Source: Callorhinchus milii
Taxonomy: Eukaryota
Reading direction: 5' to 3'
NCBI RefSeq assembly: GCF_018977255.1
Contig: NW_024704742.1
Coordinates: forward strand, 49,540,001 to 49,604,000
DNA length: 64,000 bases
The notes under the pieces: generated by a model
The model's input: the letters and a program-made list of their open reading frames with translations, nothing else
What the model was told of the DNA's origin: nothing
The model's database searches: none
Made by a program: the position numbers and the translations under genes
In this document: piece after piece, positions 54,554 to 64,000 of the stretch
Layout of the letters: every line of letters begins with the position of its first letter
Position numbering within the stretch: the first letter of the stretch is position 1

Positions 54554-55208
54554 GTCAATTTCACATTCACAACACCTCTTCACCTCACTGTGGCAATGGG
54601 ACCCATAGATCTAAAATCTAAATGTGCATTTGCTGGAACTATCAGTTTGTGGATATATTTTATTGAAGAATTATTTAAATACTTCTCTCCCTCCCCCCAC
54701 CCTGGGTTAATTACTTTCTAAAATCTATTTGGAGAACCACGGGACCAAATTCAATGAGAAACAAAATTTATTGCTATTTGGCTGCATCATTTCCACCGTA
54801 AATAATGTTAACGCACATTAGAATCAAAGTCTTACTATGCAGAACAATATATAGGCAGCAGCAATACACAGAAGACATATTGTATCAAAATATTCTGTTT
54901 TGGAAGTTCTAGATGTTAAATTATTAATTGTTTTGTAAAATGTAGTGTGATTTACTAAGATATGAGTATTCTGAGATTTTGTAAACGTTCCAGCATTTTA
55001 AATATTAATTGTACAAAGAATGATATTAACTGTCAATCATAGTGCTGTTCTGTTGCATTAACGCATACTATTACATTAGTCATGTGTTAAAGGCAGGTTC
55101 TAAAAATCACATCTAGGTATGTGACTGAAAACCTGTTTATGCATTTTATTAAAGTGAAATTAAAAAAGATGTTCCAGTTTTGAGATTTTATGTAAATCTA
55201 CAATAAAC

Positions 55209-55510
55209 AATAATAATAATCTTTGCATTTGATACAGCACCTGAACACGTCATTGAGACGTCTCAAAGCGCTTCACAGAATATACTGTAAAGTTAGTGAC
55301 TGTGTATTTTGTGAGCGAAAACGCGACAACCAATGTCCTGCAAACAGTCATGGTGAGTGACCAAATTATTAATTTGGAGGGATTATTACTATTATTATTA
55401 ATAATTTTGAGGGATGAAAGCGATCTGCCAATCAACTAACAACTGGGTTCATACTCAGTTCATATTTACTACTAGGTTAACAGAGGCATGTGGAGTAAGG
55501 AAACCTGCCT
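55209..55510 (-). mobile_element. Same SINE, long form, head lost
   Basis: Extra block and tail recognisable. Confidence 0.8.
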
Positions 55511-57069
55511 ATATCATCTAGTTTTAAAACAATCACTAAACGTACAGTGCTTTAACCTAACCACTAAAATGCATTGTAGTGTATCAGAAATCACTCTTTG
55601 TTTCTTTTAAGTTTTAACGTGTGATCTGCCATGCTACTGTCTTTGAAGCAGTCTCAAAAACAGAAGTAGGTTGCAAGTATAAAGCATCAGAACACATAAA
55701 GGGGCTGGGCTTGCGAATCATTGTGCGACAACATGAAATTGTAGTATGTGAGTGTCTGTGATTACTGATATGGTAAATGCCCAATCTTGAGTGCCACCGG
55801 AGGGAAGCATAGAGCAGGGTGTTTTCCCACAAAGCGTGTGTGTGTGGAGGGGGGTTGGTGGGGGTGGGGTGGTGTTGAGACCATAACGGCATAGAATGGA
55901 GGAAGGCCATTTGACTCATGAAAACCTGCTCCTTGAAGAGCAGGTAAAACCTACCTATTCATGAACTTTCCTTGAGTTATCCTGGGCTTCTTCTGTGCAT
56001 TTCTCAATGGCCACTCGGAGAACAATGATGGTAGATATTTGCAAGAAAATCTACCAGAACGTTTCCAGAAAGACTTAAAATGAAAAGAAAGAAATTAGAA
56101 GAAAAAAATACATACAAATGGAGGACGTCTAAAAGTTTTTCAAAGATATCATTTAGTTACTCTTTCATTTGTAAATATGAGGAGCCATGAATTGAATATC
56201 ACTATTAACTGAGTTTATCGACTTTCACACTCATGCAAATGAAAACTCATTCACCCTAGTGTCATAGAATATTACAGCACAGATCACAACCATTAAGTCT
56301 GCACTAGTGTTTTCCTCCCCATGAGCCATCCAATGTTGTCTCACTCTCCTGTTCACTTGAACACTGTATTCAGATTCTGAATCTTAACCCTCAAATGAGA
56401 AGAAGGTCTTTTACTGGATCAATATAAAGAATGCACTATAACGTTCTAGCCTCTGTTATATTTCCTATATGCAGGGTTTTATAACATTTCCTACCCATGA
56501 GGAGAAGTGATGAATTACAACCCTATTGAGATCTGTTACTTCCTTGAGAATTCTTCATATCTCTGATTGGGTGTAATCTTGACTTTCATTCTGCTAACAT
56601 CAGCAATTAAATTAGTTAATGGCTGCTTCTGCTGAAGAAGCAGAGATTAGTATCTGAATCATTCCTGGATAGAATCCAAAGGGGACATTAATATCTTGAA
56701 GCAATGATGGCTGAGTGTGTCTCTGTATAAAAATTGCTATGTAAGTCAGCAAAATCTGGATAAAAAGTTCTATTTCCAATTTTAAACATTCTTACAATCT
56801 CTCACAGTTTGACTGACAATTTGCATTGATGCACAGGTTGTATTATGGCATCATTCTCTGTCTTTAGGAACTTGGTTCGAAGTGGCCAAAACCATTTATA
56901 TAGAAACTTTATAGCCAAAAATAAAGACTAGAAATAATACAATTTTTAGACTGATCTCTAAGCCTTTGTTAAAAAAACGAGTTCCAATCTAACACCTTGT
57001 TAGTCTCTGTGGAGTCTCTGGGATACAAGTCCACGTGAAGGGCGCTATATAAATGCAAGTTGTGGTTGT

Positions 57070-57455
57070 TGAGTCCTATAGAGTATTGGTTAGAGCACTC
57101 GCCTCACAAACGAGAGGACCTGGGTTTGATTCCTTGGGGAGGGCAAAACGTTAGGCAAGTTTCCTTACTCCACACACCTGTTTACCTAGCAGTAAGTAGG
57201 AACCTGGTTGTTAGTCAATTGGCGGATTGCTTTTCCGGGGGTAATAACCCCTCCCCCCAAAAGTAATGCAAATAATAATAATTTGTTTTCAATCCACTAC
57301 TGTCTGTGGGACACTCCTGTGCGCACCTGGCTGCGGCATTTCATCCAAAATATATACAGTCAATTTACTTTACAGTATATTCTGTGAAGCAGTTTTTGAA
57401 GACGTTTCAAAAACTTTATAAGGTGCTATATCAAATGCAAGGATTATTATCATTA
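57070..57455 (+). mobile_element. Same SINE, long form
   Basis: Head, extra block, body and tail. Confidence 0.9.
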
Positions 57456-58217
57456 CATATATATTTACAGAGTTTGCAGTTTTTATTTTTCAAATAGACA
57501 ATTTAATTCACAAGCACACCAAATAAATTTCTGCACCATTATTAATTTGAAATAATCACTGCATGTAATAATTTCCCATGTTATTTTAAAAATGAAAAGA
57601 GAACCAATGATCTTTTGGAAGAATCTACTGCACTTTTCTATCAGCTGATAAAGATATCTCTACCATTAAATCTCTACCAAACTCCTAATTCCAATTCCCA
57701 CCTTTTTTCCACATGCCTTTATTATCCTTACTTATCAAGGATAATCTCCCCCCCCCACCCATATTAAATAAAATTGGTCACTCAATCCACGACTGTTTGT
57801 GAGACACTGCTGTGTGCAATTGGCTGCCACGCTTCACCCACAAAACTCGCTTTACAGTATACCTTGTGAAGTGTTTGATTTGTCTTGAAGATGTGATAAG
57901 GCGCTATATTAAATTCAAGAATTATTATTATTATGCCAACGGAAAAATAAATTTCTCATAGAAGAATACATAGAACATGTGCCAGTGAAAGTCAAACCAC
58001 ACATCTTTAGATACTGTCAAACAATGAAGACGGAGAAAACTTTCAATCTGAGGTGCGTTTAAACCCAGAGATGAAAGGGCTGTATGAAAATCCATGGGAC
58101 ACCCGGTATCACAACAACAAAAACAACTTGCACTTATATAGAACCCTTCATACAGGTTAGTGTCTTGGAGCACTTAAATCTACAATATTTAATATCAAAC
58201 TTATAATCCTTGCACGT

Positions 58218-58535
58218 GGAGTCCTGTAGCTCAGTGGTTAGAGCACTCGCCCTGCAAGCGAGACACCTGGGTTCAATTCCAGGCAGGGCGAAACCTTGGG
58301 CAAGTTCCCTTACTCCACACACCTAACAATAATCCCTCCAAAGCAAAACAATAATAAATTGGTCACTTTCAATCCACGACTGTTTGTGGGTCACTGCTGT
58401 GAGTAATTGGCTGCCGCGTTTCGCTCACAAATATACAGTCAATTCACTTTACAGCATATTCTGTGAAGAGCTTTGAGACGTCTAGAAGACATGAAAAGCG
58501 CTATATTAAATGCAAGGATTATTGTTATTATTATT
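58218..58535 (+). mobile_element. Same SINE, short form
   Basis: Full head, body and tail. Confidence 0.93.
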
Positions 58536-58739
58536 TAGTTTAGTGCCTTATCATGTTATCAAAATATCCAAAACGCTTTCCAATAAAATGTGATGATTGT
58601 GTTTACATATGAATCTCAACTTTCTAATCATGGTTCTATTTAGATTGGAAAGGTACATGCGTATCTATATATTTATTGTATATATACTCTGAGTTAATTT
58701 ATGAGTGTAATCGGGTACAGTTAAAGCAAAAAACTTTTG

Positions 58740-59500
58740 CTTTTTGAGAGTTTTGGGCGTCATTTCCAAGAGAGATGGTGCTTTTACAAAAGTAATATCT
58801 GGTAATACTTACATTGAAATACACACACTAATATATTCCTATTTTCTGTGTAGCACCTGTACAGCTTCTTGGACGTATGATGCATTCAAATATGTCTTAC
58901 TGGAGGAAAGTATGTTCAAGCATCATTATCATTGCAGAGGCACCCTGAGATGGATGATTACATGTTATTAGAAAACATGCACTGTGTCACAATGACAAAA
59001 AAAGTGTAGTATTTATCGTACAAAAACACTGACTGTTGTAACATTACCAATAGTACAAGCTATAAAGCCTTGAAACTAACATATCCATTGTGCCGAGTAC
59101 AATTGCTTGGTTTGAATACAGTTCTCTGTATTAGGATCCAGCAATCAAACATTCAAGAGTTACAACTTGGTGGGGCATGCCACTGTGTTAGCTAACAATG
59201 TCACACTGAGCAACACCTTCTCAATGCAACTAGTGGCCAAAATTACAGCATTACAAAGTACCTGTTCTGCCATTCCTGATGTTCAAGGCAAAGTCTACCA
59301 CTGTGGACTTCAATGGGAGTGCGTATCCTTTGATAGAGCATCTTCACATATCCATATTGATATGTAAATTTCATTATGTATGATGTTCCATCGGTGATTA
59401 TATAACTCACTTAGGATTTTAGATTAGCTCATATCAATGCTTTCCATTCATATGCACAATATATTGGTGATTCTCCAATTGTAACATTCAGTATTATTTT
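58740..59500 (+). mobile_element. Possible PLE remnants: GIY-YIG-like piece then RT motif A/B-like piece
   Basis: LIYSYFLCSTCTASW; ECVSFDRASS; YAQYIGDSPI. Confidence 0.3.
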
Positions 59501-59879
59501 TGGTATCAAGCTTATTAAAAATATGATTTACAAGCACTTTAGTAATTAGTGTATGCAGCTTAACTGCTTTTTCTCTTCCATCCTTTTTGTATACTACTTA
59601 TAATAAAGCACTATGCATGTGCTATAGCTGCTGCAATTTTAAGATGCTACTGAAACATGGATAACCTCATTGCAGTAAAGACTTTATTGGATATAAATGT
59701 GTCTCCGTTGTTTATAAGTATTTATAATTTGAAATGGGGCACATATCATTCAATGGATGCGAGTGATCAAATATTATTTTTAATCACAGGAACTTACAGA
59801 AATAAAACATACATGTAATTCTAAAAAACGATTTTCTAATAATAGCTGCTTACTGACTCAAGCAGTTATCGCTAAGAGC

Positions 59880-60760
59880 TGAAGAGAGTGAAGAGGTAAA
59901 AGATGACTGAAAGCACAGTCAAAGAGGTAGGTCTTGAGACAGGCTTTGAAAGTTGGCAGGGAGAAGCAAGTTGGAAGGACTCGGGGATGGAGTTACAGAG
60001 AAGGGGCAAGATGGCTGAAAGCTCGCCTGCCAACGGATGCATGGAGCATGAAGCAGATCAGTATTTGTTGAGTGAAAGAAGAGTCGGGTCTAAAGGATTT
60101 AAGGAGTTATAGGGTGGGGAGAGGCTGTGGAGGGATTTGAATGTGAATACATGTAATTAGATAGCTCTTAAGTGGTTTGAGCTCATCTAATGATCTATTC
60201 AGAAACACATCCGTCATTGAAAATAATCTCTCTCAATCCACCAAACGTGCAACAACATCTATAATAATTCACTCGTAAATTAAGTCATGTTAAGCAGATG
60301 GAGAACTACATTATTATGGAGCATTGAATACTACATTCATATTACAGGACAGGAATGCATTAACTCTGTAGACATGGAATCATTTGCCTCATTGACCTTA
60401 GAGGTTGTAAAAGTTTACTCTTTTCTGAAGAAGAAATCCTCAATTGACTTCACTGGCTCCCCATCTGGTTTCAAGATCCCTGTCTTCACAATGAAATCCT
60501 GCCATGGCCTTGCCCCACCCTACTTCTGCAACTTCTTGCAACCCTACCTACCCGACTGTTCCCTTTGCTCAGCCAACAATGGCCTATTTCATGCCCCCCC
60601 CCCCACCCCCCGGTTCTACCCTACCATCAATGGGCAAGCTTCTAGTTTGCCCAATTTATTGGAACTCATTTACCTTGCCACTTTTAAAACCCATGTGTAG
60701 CCCTATCTCTTTCATTGCACTTTTGGTCAACTTCCCACACCCCCAACCCTCCACAATTTG
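59880..60760. mobile_element. Two old L2 3' fragments (59880..60150 minus; 60445..60760 plus)
   Basis: CACTGGCTCCC..TTCAAGATCC..CATGGCCTTGCCCC; HGLAPPY translation. Confidence 0.7.
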
Positions 60761-62730
60761 GTCTTAATTTGGAAGCCAATTTTCAGCAATTCTTAAAAAA
60801 AGCAGAAAATATCTATTGGTTGTCAATAAAGGTTATGTATCTCTCCACTTACCTCGGCCCCCACCATCATCTGAGATGCCCTCTGTTAAGTGCTTTGGGA
60901 CGTCTTCCCATGAAAGGCGCAAGATAAAAGTACACTTGTATTGTATTATATTGTAAATAGGGTTAAATTTTATTAAATCCTTACTTGTGGGGATGTATTT
61001 CGTACACGGTTCCATATTTCTTTGTAATTATACATATTTGTTGGTGTTTTCACCACAAAATACACACAGTAACATCACTTTTTAGTACACCTTGTGAAGA
61101 GCTTTGAGACATCTTGATGACATGGTAAGGTGCCTTATCAAATGCAAGTATTATTACTATGCTTGTTGTCTCAAAGGGGATCTTATAAAGATATACAATA
61201 TATCAAAGGGGTTAGCATAAATAAACAAAGAATAATACTTTGAGATATGCCAAAATAACAGACAAGAGAGCTTCAGAGCAGTGAAGGGCAATTTTAGAGT
61301 TGATGTCATAAAATATTTCTTTACACACAGGGGAATTTAAACTCAAATAAGTTATGGGAAGGGCGTTCCCGCAAGGGAGAGGCCATTACACTTCATTACC
61401 TTTAAGAAGCAGTTTCATGCTGTAATGGAAGGATTGTAGGGGGAATATTCTGAAAGGTTGAGATTAAATGGATTGAAAGAGTCTCTTTATCTAAATCTTT
61501 TTGTGTGATGTCTTTGAAACTAAACTCTGATATTGTGTGATTCTTTATTAACATTAAATATTCTTTAAAAAATAACGTTGACAGGTCCATGTGGAAGAAA
61601 AGAAAAAATATTTCTTCCCCTTACATTTATAATCTCTCTGGCTCATTCCCTCCTTTTCTGCTTTCAAAACTCACCAAAGACCAATCTTTCACTGCATCTT
61701 CAGTCACCTATCTCCTGTCGCCCCTACACACAACACCTCCACTCCCCATCTCATTCCTATATCAGGCTCCCTCCCTGTCTTTGTAAAGCACTTTGAAGCA
61801 CTCCCTATGTGAACCGCACAACTAAATTCAAATTATTATTGTTGTTTTCTTGTAGCAGTGGAAGTTAATGTGCTGCCAAAACCATCTTGTGAAGTAGGTC
61901 AGATGGCCAGACCTCAGTGCAATTTATCTTTGGATCGAGCTGTTCAACTCCAATTGATGCTGCATTTTTCACGAAAAGTGCATTATAAATTCAGCATTAG
62001 TGACAAATGATGGATTCACTTTACGGTATGTGTGCTGGCCATTTTCACAAGCGGGCAGATTGCCTTTGATTTTTTCTACTCCTGGTGACTGTTATAGGTT
62101 ATTCTGTTCTCTGCTGCTCCTACAATCTTAATCAGAAGTCCTGAAACACAATTAATTTCCAACAAAATATGTTGAAAATAATACAGTAGTATCATAAAAA
62201 ATGCTTTGAGTATGTTACTGACCTGATCTTAAAATAGTTGTTGCATTTATTAATGAAATTGAGAAATTTTAAAATATAGGTAGCACAGATCAATCTACAG
62301 CATTCTTTCTAAACTCTTAAAAAGAGTAAAATTATAAAATTGTATAATTGTACAACTGCAAAGTTATTAACCTGTTTATCTGATTCCAAAGGGAAGATAT
62401 AAATAGTATAATTTTTGTGAATTGAATACTGAAACTAATTTACTGCACTGTAGGAGAAATATGTTTCCTTCAAAACTGGACACATTTTGTTTATCAGTGC
62501 ATCGATTTGGATACTATCCATTTGTGACGAATATTCTATTTACACAGCATCTGCTACTATCATTTTCTGCCAAATGTGCAGCTCTTACACGGTTGTTCCA
62601 CTATGCCACGGTGCTGGGAGAGTGCTGCATTGTCAGAGGTGCCACCCTTCAGATGAAACATTGAACCAAAATCAAGTCTGCCTGTTCAGATGGACGTTAA
62701 AGATCCCAATGGTACTGTTTGAAATAAGAA

Positions 62731-63066
62731 GTCCTGTAGCTCAGTGGTGCGGAGTCCTGTAGCTCAGTGGTTAGAGCACTCGCCCTGCAAGTGAGACACC
62801 TGGGTTCAATTCCAGGCAGGACAAAACCTTGGGCAAGTTTCCTTACTCCACACACCTAATAATAATCCCTCCAAAACAAAACCAATAATAAATTGGTCAT
62901 TTTCCATCCACAACTGTTTGTGGGACACTGCTGTGCGCAATTGGCTGCCGCGTTTCGCCCACAAATATACAGTCAATTCACTTTGCAGCATATTCTGTGA
63001 AGCGCTTTGAAATATCTAGAAGACGTGAAAAGCTTTATATAAAAAGGAAGGATTGTTATTATTATT
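62731..63066 (+). mobile_element. Same SINE with duplicated 5' end, nested in a DeuSINE (62608..63260)
   Basis: TAAGAAG TSD at 62725..62731 and 63066..63072; host Deu domain continues on both sides. Confidence 0.92.
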
Positions 63067-63344
63067 AAGAAGGGAGCTTCTCTTGGTGTCCTGGCCAACA
63101 ATCCCCCAGATAATATTAATCATTTACTTCACAGTTGTTTGTGACACATCACTGCATGTAAATTGGCTGATGTGTTCACCTACAAAATTACAGTCACTAC
63201 ATTTTACAGTGAATCCTGTAATGTGACTTGAAACGTCCACTTGAGATGCAAGGTGCTCCAACAAAACTCACATTTTCAAATTCTAAGACATTAAAGTGGA
63301 AGGTTTTGCTGTGTCGAATTTTAAATGGTCACTTTTCTGTCCTT

Positions 63345-63730
63345 CTTGCACTGGAACCCGTCAAAATTAGTCTCATTACACTCAATATCACAGGATAACA
63401 GACAATAGTGTAAAGGTTAAATAGGTCAGACATCCTCTGAGACTTTGAAGGTGGGTAAAAGTCAGCTACAGGTCAAAACAATCCAGAAGCCATGGAAAAT
63501 CATAAAGCAAATGAACTGGGTGACTATGCAAACTGACACCTCAAGGGATATCTGTCATCCTCTCCTCTCCTGGCTGAGTAAAATGAATTTAGCGGGGGTA
63601 TAAAGGGTATAAAGTGAATTTCAATTCAGTTTTCCGTACATTTAAATGCACAGCATAATATTGACTACAGTTTGGCATAACATGATTTCTCTCAAATAGC
63701 TGCAAAAGAGTTATAAGAACTTGCATTGAT
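63345..63730 (-). mobile_element. Eroded PLE RT fingers + motif A
   Basis: YPR*IH..TDIP/LR (cf. PKIHK..IPLRPIVS), GVS, CLLSCDIECNETNF (cf. LVSFDVESLFTNI). Confidence 0.5.
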
Positions 63731-64000
63731 ACATCATGCCCCCACCCCCCCCCACACACACACACCACAAGTGTCTCAGAGTGCAGGGATATATGCATTC
63801 ATACTAACATGTTATGAATTCTGAGGTGGGGAATAAAGGCATTGTCTTCATGAAAGATTAATTTAACAATTATTTTCTTATGCTGGCACATAGAAGAGGC
63901 AGCTGAGCCGTGGATCATTTTCCTGGTTGAGGAACATAATTATGTCCTTCAATGTGATTTATGTTGTTGGAGTTAAAAAAAGCACTCAAACGGAAAAGTA

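Overview
Vertebrate genomic DNA, most likely a cartilaginous fish such as a chimaera. This is inferred from the repeat set: young L2 LINEs with (TTG)n tails, shark-type CR1 3' ends, Deu-domain SINEs and a very abundant tRNA-Ala-headed SINE with an L2-type tail. The only host coding sequence is the CpG-rich first coding exon of KCTD8 (GABA-B receptor auxiliary subunit; BTB/T1 + H1 domains) on the minus strand, 53186..52382, ending at a GTGAGT donor. I did not find the H2-encoding exon 2, so 1..52381 is read as intron 1 and >53186 as 5'UTR/upstream. The main unexpected observation is that much of the seemingly unique AT-rich DNA between recognisable repeats translates, across stops and frameshifts, into collinear motifs of Penelope-like retroelement (PLE) ORFs. 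About 15 heavily eroded segments show this; it is by-eye motif recognition and needs an HMM search. Other points: a two-copy structured retroposon with degenerate hammerhead-like geometry, covarying 3' stem-loops shared by L2s and SINEs, several nested or fold-back insertion junctions, and unusual KCTD8 H1 substitutions. I see no prokaryotic-type system, CRISPR array or intact RNA gene. Repeat boundaries are approximate.
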